Below are positions 36,673 through 45,753 of a stretch of DNA of 64,000 nucleotides, one piece after another. This DNA is from an uncultured Planctomycetia bacterium. GTDB taxonomy: Bacteria > Omnitrophota > Gorgyraeia > Tantalellales > Tantalellaceae. The notes under the pieces were generated by a model. That model made no database searches and was not told the DNA's origin. It saw nothing but the letters and a program-made list of their open reading frames with translations. Location of the stretch: positions 4,320 through 68,319 of the forward strand of contig CAZGOG010000003.1 of NCBI GenBank assembly GCA_964527555.1, written 5' to 3'. The position numbers and the translations under genes are program-made. The first letter of the stretch is position 1; every line of letters begins with the position of its first letter.

Positions 36673-39600
36673 GCATACCGCGGTTTAGCGTAAACAACTC
36701 ACTCTTTGTCAATCTTATCTCCGTTATCATCCTGATAATAGGCGGGATCACTGTTTTTGGTTTGAACCGCGAGGTGTTCCCGAATGTGGCGTTTGATATG
36801 GTGACCGTTAGCACCGTGTATCCGGGGGCGACACCTGAGGATATCGAGAAACTCATAACCGTTCCCATAGAGAAAGAGATAAAAGAAGTTGACGGTATCA
36901 AGGAGGTAGTCTCTTCATCCGCAGTGGGCGTATCTCTTGTCCAGATTAAGATAGATCCCGATGAATCGAATAAGCAAAAGGTGGTAAGAGACATACAAAG
37001 CGCCGTAGACAGGGTAAAAGACCTGCCGAAGGATATTTACGAGGACCCTGTCGTGACAGAGATCACGAGTAAAAATTATCCGATTATAGAGGTGTCTCTC
37101 TCCGGGGATATGACGGAGAAAAAACTCCAGGAATATGCCGATGCGCTTGAGGATGAGCTTGAAGATATAGAAGGCGTTGCGCGCATACAGAAAAGCGGAT
37201 ACAGGGACAAGGAGATGCAGATCCTCGTCGACGAGGAAAAACTCAAGGAATTCTATGTCTCTATTGACGAAATCGCCATGGCTCTTGCCCTGCGTAATGT
37301 CAGTATTCCCGCCGGCAGGCTTAATACGGCTACTACCGAATACAGCATAAGGACCAGCGGAGAGTTCGAGACCAAAGAAGAGGTAGAAAACGTCATCATC
37401 AGGGCCAATGATGCAGGAAACTGGCTGAGGATCAAGGATGTGGCGCGCGTCGAGGACACGTTTAAAGATGAAGATATAATAAATAAAACCTTGGGGACCC
37501 GGTCGATTAATCTGGTGGTCATGAAAAAAGAATCCGGCGATGCCATAAGCATGGTACGGGACGTAAGAGGAGTCTGTGCCAGGTTTCTTGAGAAGATACC
37601 CGGCAACCTTGAAATATCTTTCGTTAATGACTATGCGTTTTATGCCAACAGACGTCTCAGGGTCTTAAGGAACAATGCCTGGTTCGGTATGATACTGGTT
37701 ATAGCATGCATGCTTATATTCCTGCAGAAGCGCATAGCTTTTTTGACCGTTCTGGGTATTCCTATCGCGTTTTTCTGTACGTTCATCGTTATGGATATGA
37801 TGGGGATAACAGTGAACTTGATCAGCATGTTCGGTCTTGTCATAGTTCTCGGTATGCTCGTTGATGACGGTATAATCGTAGCTGAGAACGTTTACCGTTA
37901 TATTGAGGATGGCATGCCGCCCCGCCAGGCGGCTGTTAAGGGTACGGAAGAAGTGATGGGGGCGGTCGTCTCAGCTGTCCTGACGACGGTCGCTGCGTTT
38001 ACACCTTTACTTTTCATGTCGGGCCTTATCGGTAAATTCGTCAGGAACATACCCACCGTCGTTATTATTGCGCTCATGGCTTCGCTTGGAGAAGCGCTTA
38101 TTATACTTCCGAGTCATTTAGCTGACTTTGTGCGGGTAAAATACGATGCAGCAGGGAAACCCGTGGGATTGGCCCGGGACATGCCTTGGTTCCGCAGGCT
38201 AGTTTCGATATATACCAGGGTAGTGAGGGCCGCTATCAGAAGGAAATATAAGGTCATCATAGGGATCTCGGCGGTTCTGGCTATTTGCGGTTTTGTGGCT
38301 TTTTACGTCATAAAGTTCATTCTTTTTCCTTATTCGGGGATAAATTTTTTCTTTATAAGAGCCGAAGCCCCGATAGGCACCCCCCTGGAGAAGACAAACG
38401 AACTTATCGCGCCGATAGAAGACATCATCTCGCAGCTTCCCGGTGACGAACTTGATACGTACGTGACGATGATAGGCAATATACAGGAAGAGAGGCAGGA
38501 TCCCTTTGCGCGTCAGGCGAGTAATCTGGCGCAGGTCACTGTGTATCTGACGCAGGAGCAGGACCGTAAACGCAAGGTAGAGGAGATAGTAGCGGAGGTG
38601 CGCGAGAAGGCAAAAGACATAAAAGGTTTTGATGACATGAGGTTCGATCTCCCACAGACGGGGCCGCCGGTCGGTAAGGCAGTTGAAGCCAGGATCAGGG
38701 GGGAAGACTTTGAGACGCTTGACAAAATAGCTTTCGAATACATGGATTATATGAAGACGATAGACGGAACGACGGATATCACATGGGACCATAAACCCGG
38801 AAAAGAAGAAATACGCGTGAAAGTCGACCATAACAGAGCGACTCTGGCGGGCTTGTCCATAGGCCAGATCGCCAAGACTATTAGAGGCGTTTTCCAGGGC
38901 GAGATCGCGACGAAAATAAAACCGGTAAAAGCTGAGGAAGAGACGGATGTCACAATAAGGTTTGAAGAAGCGAAAGACGCTTCGACTCTCGATATTTTCG
39001 ACAAGATACTTATTGCCAACAGGTTCGGCAATCTCATACCGCTTAACAAGGTGGCGACAATAGAGAAGGTGCCGGGGGCCACAACGATACATCATCTGGA
39101 CGGCAAACGGGTCGTTACAGCTTCAAGCAACGTGGACACCAAGAAAACCACGTCACTCAAAGTCAACAGCATGCTGGAGAAAAAATTCAGTGATCTTTCG
39201 GACAGATACATCAGTTATTCCGTTAAATACGGGGGGGAGCAGGAAGAGACTCTGGATTCACTGAAAAGCTTATTAAAGGCGTTCTTTTTTGCGTTTTTGG
39301 TCGTATATATGATACTGGCGTCCTTTTTTAAGTCGCTTGTGCAACCCTTTGTTGTCATGCTGGCGATTCCTTTCGGGCTGATCGGTGTCGTTCTGGCTTT
39401 TTTACTTCACGGCCTGCCCCTGTCTTTTATGGCGATTATGGGTGTTGTGGGGCTTAACGGCGTTGTTGTCAACGACTCCATTGTCTTGGTGGATTTCATA
39501 AACAAACTCAGAAACGAAGGGATGAGCAGGGCCGAATCCATAGTCAAGGCCGGCCAGATGAGGATACGCCCGGTTATACTGACGACAGTCACTACAGCAG

Positions 39601-39818
39601 GCGGGTTAAGCACGGTAGCCTACGGTCTGGGGGGCAAAGACCCGTTTCTTGTTCCCATGGCTGTTGCGCTTTGCTGGGGGCTGGTGTTTGCGACGGCGCT
39701 TACCCTTATCGTGGTTCCGTGCGTGTATTCCATCATAGACGATATTTCGATCAAGATAACGCATCACACAAGCATGATAAGAAGCGAAAAACTCAAAGAT
39801 GAGGAAGTGCGTAGATGA
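36669..39818 (+). CDS. RND superfamily efflux transporter (AcrB/CzcA-like), 1049 aa
   Basis: 12 predicted TM helices with two large periplasmic loops. N-terminal RFSVNNSLFVNLISVIILIIGG and conserved TM4/TM10 regions. Confidence 0.9.
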   Translation: MSIPRFSVNNSLFVNLISVIILIIGGITVFGLNREVFPNVAFDMVTVSTVYPGATPEDIEKLITVPIEKEIKEVDGIKEVVSSSAVGVSLVQIKIDPDESNKQKVVRDIQSAVDRVKDLPKDIYEDPVVTEITSKNYPIIEVSLSGDMTEKKLQEYADALEDELEDIEGVARIQKSGYRDKEMQILVDEEKLKEFYVSIDEIAMALALRNVSIPAGRLNTATTEYSIRTSGEFETKEEVENVIIRANDAGNWLRIKDVARVEDTFKDEDIINKTLGTRSINLVVMKKESGDAISMVRDVRGVCARFLEKIPGNLEISFVNDYAFYANRRLRVLRNNAWFGMILVIACMLIFLQKRIAFLTVLGIPIAFFCTFIVMDMMGITVNLISMFGLVIVLGMLVDDGIIVAENVYRYIEDGMPPRQAAVKGTEEVMGAVVSAVLTTVAAFTPLLFMSGLIGKFVRNIPTVVIIALMASLGEALIILPSHLADFVRVKYDAAGKPVGLARDMPWFRRLVSIYTRVVRAAIRRKYKVIIGISAVLAICGFVAFYVIKFILFPYSGINFFFIRAEAPIGTPLEKTNELIAPIEDIISQLPGDELDTYVTMIGNIQEERQDPFARQASNLAQVTVYLTQEQDRKRKVEEIVAEVREKAKDIKGFDDMRFDLPQTGPPVGKAVEARIRGEDFETLDKIAFEYMDYMKTIDGTTDITWDHKPGKEEIRVKVDHNRATLAGLSIGQIAKTIRGVFQGEIATKIKPVKAEEETDVTIRFEEAKDASTLDIFDKILIANRFGNLIPLNKVATIEKVPGATTIHHLDGKRVVTASSNVDTKKTTSLKVNSMLEKKFSDLSDRYISYSVKYGGEQEETLDSLKSLLKAFFFAFLVVYMILASFFKSLVQPFVVMLAIPFGLIGVVLAFLLHGLPLSFMAIMGVVGLNGVVVNDSIVLVDFINKLRNEGMSRAESIVKAGQMRIRPVILTTVTTAGGLSTVAYGLGGKDPFLVPMAVALCWGLVFATALTLIVVPCVYSIIDDISIKITHHTSMIRSEKLKDEEVRR

Positions 39819-42409
39819 AACACAGGATTCTTGTTAAAACGTTAGTTACTTTTTTATTTATTTGTTTGTCTTTCGTCTCTTTAGCTTCGGAGGAGTTCTT
39901 CGATTACCAGAAGAGCGTTCTGGATAACGGCGCAACTATAGTCTCTAAGTATGTGCCGGAATCTTCGCTGGTGACGGTACGCATGCGCGTTCTCTCGGGT
40001 CTTTCCAATGAAGGCGAATATGCGGGAAGCGGCATCTCGCATTTCCTCGAGCATCTTCTTTTTAAGGGAACCAGCGATAAAGGCGCGAAAGAGATACGCC
40101 AGGAAATAAAATCGATGGGAGGCATTGTCAACGGGGCTACCGGACTTGATTCAGCGGAGTATTATATGACTGTTCCTAACGAGAATTTTACTGAAGCGTT
40201 GGACCTCCTGGTGGATATGGTTACACAGCCGGTATTCACTTCGGAGGAGTTTGAGATAGAGAGGGACGTGATACTTAAAGAGATTAAAATGCGCAGAGAT
40301 GACCCTATAACGCGACGAATGCAGCTTCTTTTCGCAGAGGCGTATCGCCAAAATGTATACAAACACCCCATAATAGGCTATGAAAAGGTCTTTAAAACCC
40401 TTGCAAAGGAAGATATCCTCGCTTACCATGCTGCGGCTTATACTCCGGATAGAATGGTCTTAGCGGTAGTCGGAGGCATAGCCGGTGATGAGGCGATCGA
40501 TGCTGCCAGAGAGAAACTTTCCGGCTTAGAGAGGGGCAGGATCTGGCAGGTAGATATAGCCTCCGAGCCGAGACAGATCAGCGAGGCGAAGTCCAGTTTC
40601 CCCGCGGATATCACTTTGGGGTACCTGGCCTTGGGGTTTCATACTACAAGTCTCTATTCGCCTGATTTATATCCTGCCGATGTTATGGATATACTTTTAG
40701 GGGGAGGGAATGATTCGCGACTCTATAAAAGGCTGGTAAAGGATAAACAGCTTCTCTATACAATATCGAGCGTGAACTACACGCCCAAATATCCGGGGCT
40801 GTTCATTATTACCGGTATCGGTGACCCCGATAAACTTGAAGAGGCCCGCAAAGAGGTATTTGCCGTTATTGAAGACCTTAAAGACGGTAATGTGCGGGAC
40901 GAGGAGATAGAGAGGGCAAAGAATATGGTGATATCGGAATATCTCCATTCGCATGAGAGGATAGACAGTATCGCCAGCACCATGACGAATTCCGAGATGC
41001 TTACGGGAGACGCCGCGTTTTTCAAGAAGTATGTGGATGAGATAAAAAAAGTCGATAAGGAAAGAGTTAAAGAATCCGCCTTGAAATACTTAAAAAGAGA
41101 TAACTCGACCACGGTTTTTCTTATGCCGCGGGATTTCGGGGAAAAAGCCGAAAAGGGCGAAAAGATGAAGACGGCCGAGGGAGAAGTAAAGGAAGCTGTG
41201 CTTGGGAACGGTCTAAAGGTGATCGTCAAAAGAAGGGAAGAACTTCCGCTTGTCTCCGTCAGTTTCGCGACCGGCGGCGGTCTCAGGGCGGAGACTGAAG
41301 AAGATAACGGTATATCCAATCTGACGGCCTCGCTTTTATTGAAGGGCACGAAAAAGCGTTCCGAAGCGGAAATAATCCCGGCTATTGAGAGGATGGGCGG
41401 TGAAATTTCCACTTTCAGCGGCATGAACTCACTGGGTCTGGCCATGGACGTACTCAGCAAGGACCTGAACGAGGCATTGGTCATTTTTGAGGATGTCCTG
41501 AGGAACGCTACATTCCCGGAAGAAGAGATCTTAAAACAGAAAAAGAGAATAATGGCCGCGATAAAAGAACAGGAGACCGATATCTTCGAGAACGGTATGA
41601 TTCATCTTCGCCGGCTTATTTACGGCGATCACCCCTATTCGATGAGGACTTCCGGTGAAGTCGAAACAGTCTCCTCCATATCCCGCAGGGATATACTGGA
41701 TTTTTTCGGGGAACGTTTTGTCCCGGAAGGTTCGGTGATAACCGTTGCCGGGGATGTGGATATAGACGAGACTATAAACACCCTCACAAAACAGTTTTCT
41801 TCCTGGCGGGGCAGACCCTCACCCCTTAAAGAGAAGGAAGTGCCGCCATTAGGGGAGAGCAGGAAAAAAGATATTTTTATGAAGAAAGAACAGGCGCTCT
41901 TTCTTGTGGGGCTGGAAGGTGTGACGGTAACTGATGAGAGGAGATTCGCGTTAGATGTCATCAGCTCTCTCCTGTCGGGATCGGACGGCCTTTTATTCTA
42001 TGCGGCGCGGGAAGAAAAAGGTCTTGCATACGCTTCAGGTGCGGCATCTATACCCGCTGTAGAGACGGGATATTTTATGCTATACGTGGCTACGACTGAA
42101 GAAAACCTTAAAGAGGCGGGAAAAACCGTTCTGGATGCTATCAGCAAACTTACCAGCGGCCAGATCGGGGAAGAGGAGATCGCTTCTTCCAGGAGGCAGC
42201 TTATTTCGCAGCATGCATATTCGCTTGAGACCAACAGCGCTTTATCGATGACCATGGCACTGGACGAGCTTTACGGACTCGGGTTTTTGGAGTATGAGGA
42301 GTATCCTGAAAAGATAAACGCTGTGACTAAAGACGATATAGTCGAATGCGCCAAAGAAGTTTTCGATATGGATAGAAGCGCGACTGTCATCGTCCACTCT
42401 GAACAATAA
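39815..42409 (+). CDS. secreted double-domain M16 (insulinase/pitrilysin) zinc peptidase, 864 aa
   Basis: Signal peptide. First half has the inverted zincin motif HFLEHLLFKGT (HxxEH). Second half (from ~KEAVLGNGLKV) is a second M16 unit lacking HxxEH. Confidence 0.85.
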   Translation: MKHRILVKTLVTFLFICLSFVSLASEEFFDYQKSVLDNGATIVSKYVPESSLVTVRMRVLSGLSNEGEYAGSGISHFLEHLLFKGTSDKGAKEIRQEIKSMGGIVNGATGLDSAEYYMTVPNENFTEALDLLVDMVTQPVFTSEEFEIERDVILKEIKMRRDDPITRRMQLLFAEAYRQNVYKHPIIGYEKVFKTLAKEDILAYHAAAYTPDRMVLAVVGGIAGDEAIDAAREKLSGLERGRIWQVDIASEPRQISEAKSSFPADITLGYLALGFHTTSLYSPDLYPADVMDILLGGGNDSRLYKRLVKDKQLLYTISSVNYTPKYPGLFIITGIGDPDKLEEARKEVFAVIEDLKDGNVRDEEIERAKNMVISEYLHSHERIDSIASTMTNSEMLTGDAAFFKKYVDEIKKVDKERVKESALKYLKRDNSTTVFLMPRDFGEKAEKGEKMKTAEGEVKEAVLGNGLKVIVKRREELPLVSVSFATGGGLRAETEEDNGISNLTASLLLKGTKKRSEAEIIPAIERMGGEISTFSGMNSLGLAMDVLSKDLNEALVIFEDVLRNATFPEEEILKQKKRIMAAIKEQETDIFENGMIHLRRLIYGDHPYSMRTSGEVETVSSISRRDILDFFGERFVPEGSVITVAGDVDIDETINTLTKQFSSWRGRPSPLKEKEVPPLGESRKKDIFMKKEQALFLVGLEGVTVTDERRFALDVISSLLSGSDGLLFYAAREEKGLAYASGAASIPAVETGYFMLYVATTEENLKEAGKTVLDAISKLTSGQIGEEEIASSRRQLISQHAYSLETNSALSMTMALDELYGLGFLEYEEYPEKINAVTKDDIVECAKEVFDMDRSATVIVHSEQ

Positions 42410-42447
42410 AATATAGCCTCAAAAAACATTCCTTTTAGAGCTATACC

Positions 42448-42476
42448 TTGACCCCGATTTACCTTTAGCTTATAAT
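42448..42476 (+). promoter_or_regulatory. consensus sigma70-type promoter (TTGACC-17 bp-TATAAT)
   Basis: -35 at 42448-42453, exact 17-nt spacer, -10 TATAAT at 42471-42476. Lies upstream of the structured leader, the small ORF and the MEMO1 gene. Confidence 0.55.
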
Positions 42477-42551
42477 AATATACTATTATACAAACAGTTT
42501 ATGGTTCGACTCACTTCGTTCGCTCACCATGGATCTCTGAGGAAAGATATT

Positions 42552-42632
42552 ATGCACTTAGAACGAAGGAACACCACGGATGTTAATCCGTGGATGCGGA
42601 ACTATATCGACCGAAGGCCGCAAAGGGATTAA
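42552..42632 (+). CDS. candidate 26-aa leader/small peptide ORF (MHLERRNTTDVNPWMRNYIDRRPQRD)
   Basis: ATG preceded by GAGGAAAG at 7-nt spacing. Lies inside a predicted structured 5' leader. No homology is inferable by eye. Confidence 0.3.
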   Translation: MHLERRNTTDVNPWMRNYIDRRPQRD

Positions 42633-42686
42633 ACCACGGAGTGAGTCCGGGGAAATTCATTTTCGGGATCAGCAGGGAGGTGAGGT

Positions 42687-43487
42687 ATGGTCAGAAATCC
42701 GGTGGTGGCGGGCCAGTTTTATCCTGCCAGTAAAACAAGCCTGATCAAGGGACTTGATCAGATGGTTCCTGATCGCACCGAGAAGATTAACGCCATAGGG
42801 GCTGTGGTGCCGCATGCGGGGTATATGTACTCCGGCGCGATTGCGGGGGAAGTCTACGCTAGATTGAAGAGCAAAAGCACTTATGTGATATTAAGTCCCA
42901 ACCATACAGGTTACGGCAAGAGGTTTGCTTCTTCCAGCGAAGTCTGGCGCACGCCTTTGGGGAACGTGAACGTTGATGAGGAACTCTTGGCAAGGATGCT
43001 TGAGGGGACCAGCCTTATTACAGACGATCCTACGGCGCACGCTTTTGAGCATTCTATTGAGGTGCAGCTTCCGTTTATACAGAAGATATCGCCGGAAGCT
43101 GAGATAGTTCCGATGACGGTTCAACATGGCGAGCTTATGGAGCTGGATGAAGTCGCCTCTAGCATTTCGAGCGCCATCAAAGAGACAGCCAGAGACGTCA
43201 CGATACTGGCTTCTAGCGACATGACGCATTACGAGTCGCGCACTTCCGCGAAAGAGAAAGACGAGCTGGCCATCGAGAGGGTCCTTGATCTTGACGCTGA
43301 GGGGCTTCTTAAGGTTGTTGAGAAGAAGAATATATCCATGTGCGGTTATATCCCCGCGGTTATAATGCTTATGTGTGCGAAGAAGATGAACGCGAAGAAA
43401 GCGATTCTGGTAAAATACGCCGATTCAGGCGATGTGACGGGGGACACTATCCAGGTGGTAGGTTATGCCGGGATAGTCGTTTATTGA
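42687..43487 (+). CDS. MEMO1-family protein (AmmeMemoRadiSam system protein B)
   Basis: MVRNPVVAGQFYPAS...GAVVPHAGYMYSG...ILSPNHTG...DMTHYE are the MEMO1 signature motifs. Strong Shine-Dalgarno GGGAGGTGAGG. Confidence 0.85.
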   Translation: MVRNPVVAGQFYPASKTSLIKGLDQMVPDRTEKINAIGAVVPHAGYMYSGAIAGEVYARLKSKSTYVILSPNHTGYGKRFASSSEVWRTPLGNVNVDEELLARMLEGTSLITDDPTAHAFEHSIEVQLPFIQKISPEAEIVPMTVQHGELMELDEVASSISSAIKETARDVTILASSDMTHYESRTSAKEKDELAIERVLDLDAEGLLKVVEKKNISMCGYIPAVIMLMCAKKMNAKKAILVKYADSGDVTGDTIQVVGYAGIVVY

Positions 43488-43488
43488 T

Positions 43489-44286
43489 ATGAGAATATTC
43501 GGAAGACGCAAAGTGATCCTGGCCCTGGGCGGCGGGGCCGCCAGAGGGTTGTCCAATATCGGAGTGCTTAAGGTGCTGGAGAGGCATTTCGGGCGGGATG
43601 AGATGCCCTTTGATATGATCATAGGTACCAGTATCGGCAGTCTGATAGGGGCTGCCTACTCTCTTGGCGTGCCGCTTGATGAGATGGAGCGTAAAGCCCT
43701 TAAGTTTAACTGGCCCAACATCGCGGACGTCGGTCTCTACGCGACGGGACTGCTTAAGGGGGACAGATTAGAGGAGATCATTAGAGACATAATCGGCCAC
43801 CATTCCTTCAGCCAGATGAAAGTTCCGTTCGCTTTGACGACCACCGATATAGAAACCGGAGAAGAACTTATTCATACTTCCGGAGACTTGATAAAACTGA
43901 TCCGCGCCAGCTGCTCGTGGCCCGGCGTCTTCACTGCCGTCCCCATTGAGGGGCGGCTGCTTGCTGACGGGGGTGTACGCAACAGTATACCGACCAAGGC
44001 CGCGCATAAGTTCGACGCTACTTTCATTATCGCCGTAAATCCCGGATTCTCCGTTAAAAAGCAGAAGATCAATAATGTCGTTAATGCCATGGTCCAGGCA
44101 GTGCAGATCATGGGCGAGGAGCTTAACACATATCAGTCAAAAGCCGCGGATATTACCATAAAGGCAGAACTTAAAGATATCGATCAGTTTGACTTTCATA
44201 AAGCGGCGGTAATAATTAAAGAGGGGGAACGTGCAGCCGAGGACAATGTAAAGTCTCTGAAAAGGAATCTGAGGTGGAGATTTTAA
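43489..44286 (+). CDS. patatin-like phospholipase
   Basis: Oxyanion hole GGGAARG, nucleophile elbow GTSIGS, catalytic DGG (ADGGVRN). Confidence 0.85.
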   Translation: MRIFGRRKVILALGGGAARGLSNIGVLKVLERHFGRDEMPFDMIIGTSIGSLIGAAYSLGVPLDEMERKALKFNWPNIADVGLYATGLLKGDRLEEIIRDIIGHHSFSQMKVPFALTTTDIETGEELIHTSGDLIKLIRASCSWPGVFTAVPIEGRLLADGGVRNSIPTKAAHKFDATFIIAVNPGFSVKKQKINNVVNAMVQAVQIMGEELNTYQSKAADITIKAELKDIDQFDFHKAAVIIKEGERAAEDNVKSLKRNLRWRF

Positions 44287-44308
44287 AGGCCTCGCCAGGA
44301 AAGCGTGC

Positions 44309-45289
44309 ATGAAAAATAAAGTAAGTACGATTATACGCCTAGTTGTCAGTTTCGGTCTTTTGGGACTCTTATTCTGGCTGATGAGGCGCGAGGTGCACAG
44401 CATCTGGCGGATACTCCTGGATAGCGACCTAAGGTTTTTAGCGATTGCATTTTTCACCTTTTTGATCAATCTTTCTTTTCTTGCCTGGCGCCTGAAGATC
44501 ATTTTTCTCGGAGAGGACCTTGATCTTACTTTCATGGGGGCCTTGCAGTTAACATTTATAGGTTACTTTTTCAATAATTTCATGCCGACCGCCGTAGGCG
44601 GTGACATAATCAAGGCGCATTATGCCGCAAATATCAACAAGCAGAGGGTCAAGTCATACGCAAGTGTCCTTATGGACCGATTTATCGGTCTTTACTCGTT
44701 TGTGGTGATCGCAGCTGTTGCGCTTATTGTCGATCAAGGCAGGTTCGGGATAGAGGCTGTCAGGTTTATTGTGTTTTTCCTTCTCGTTTTTGGGTTTGTA
44801 GGGGCAGTGATCGCTACGAACAAAAGAATCGCTAACTTTATGGGGGGCGTCTTTACGCGGCTTAAGATGTTTCGTTTGGGGGAGAAGTTAAATTCGGTAT
44901 ATCAGATCGTACACGATTACCGCAACAGGCCCGGGGTGGTCGTAAAATCATTTTTAATGAGTATAGGCGCCCAGTCTTTTTACTTTCTCATCATTTATCT
45001 TTTTTTCCGTTCGCTGGGCACTAATATGAATATCGGGAACATCTTTCTTATAATGCCGGTGGTTACGGTTATCAGCATGGTGCCTTCAGTGGGGGGTCTC
45101 GGCGTCAGGGAAGGGGCTATGGTCGCGTTTTTCGCGCCGCTGGCCGGGCGGGAAACAGCGTTTGCGGTGAGCCTCCTGCTTTTACTCGGTCTTTTTTTAA
45201 TAAGCTTTGTAGGAGGAGTCATATATCTGGGGTGGGGGTTTTCAAAGGAACGTGCAGGCGGCGCGGAAGAAGAGGAAGCTGCAGCTTAA
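44309..45289 (+). CDS. UPF0104/lysylphosphatidylglycerol-synthase-TM-like (flippase-like) membrane protein
   Basis: 8 predicted TM helices. The TAVGGDIIKAHY motif is characteristic of the family. Confidence 0.7.
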   Translation: MKNKVSTIIRLVVSFGLLGLLFWLMRREVHSIWRILLDSDLRFLAIAFFTFLINLSFLAWRLKIIFLGEDLDLTFMGALQLTFIGYFFNNFMPTAVGGDIIKAHYAANINKQRVKSYASVLMDRFIGLYSFVVIAAVALIVDQGRFGIEAVRFIVFFLLVFGFVGAVIATNKRIANFMGGVFTRLKMFRLGEKLNSVYQIVHDYRNRPGVVVKSFLMSIGAQSFYFLIIYLFFRSLGTNMNIGNIFLIMPVVTVISMVPSVGGLGVREGAMVAFFAPLAGRETAFAVSLLLLLGLFLISFVGGVIYLGWGFSKERAGGAEEEEAAA

Positions 45290-45318
45290 AGCTGATATAG
45301 TTTAAAGAGGGAGGAGTC

Positions 45319-45753
45319 ATGAAGAGGATACTTGTGATCCACGGACCGAATCTGGATCTATTAGGCAAGAGAGAGAAGGATATTTACGGGAATGAGACTA
45401 TTGACACCATAAATAGCGCGATTACCAAAGCGGCGGGCGATGCGAAAGTGCAAGTCGAGTTTTACCAGTCCAATCACGAAGGGGATATTGTCGATAAGAT
45501 AAATGCGACAGATGCCTCGGGTATACTTATAAACCCGGCCGCGTATACTCACACAAGTGTCGCCATACACGATGCCTTGAGGGCAAAAGAGATCCCTTCA
45601 GTCGAAGTCCATCTTTCAAACATCTATGCCAGAGAGGAGTTCCGGCACAAGTCCCTTATCGCGCCGGTTGTTACGGGCCAGATAAGCGGTTTCGGGAAAA
45701 CCAGTTACGTCCTCGGGCTTAAAGCCTTGGTGGAGATAATCAATGCCCAGTGA
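45319..45753 (+). CDS. aroQ: type II 3-dehydroquinate dehydratase
   Basis: The [17 protein letters not shown]-terminus and [13 protein letters not shown]. Confidence 0.92.
   Translation: MKRILVIHGPNLDLLGKREKDIYGNETIDTINSAITKAAGDAKVQVEFYQSNHEGDIVDKINATDASGILINPAAYTHTSVAIHDALRAKEIPSVEVHLSNIYAREEFRHKSLIAPVVTGQISGFGKTSYVLGLKALVEIINAQ

Noticed and set aside
42495-42525. GGTTCGACTC resembling a tRNA T-loop/T-stem in the MEMO1 leader
   Set aside because: No acceptor stem, D-arm or anticodon arm can be drawn around it. It is better explained as one strand of a long-range leader helix (pairs with AGTGAGTC ~140 nt downstream).
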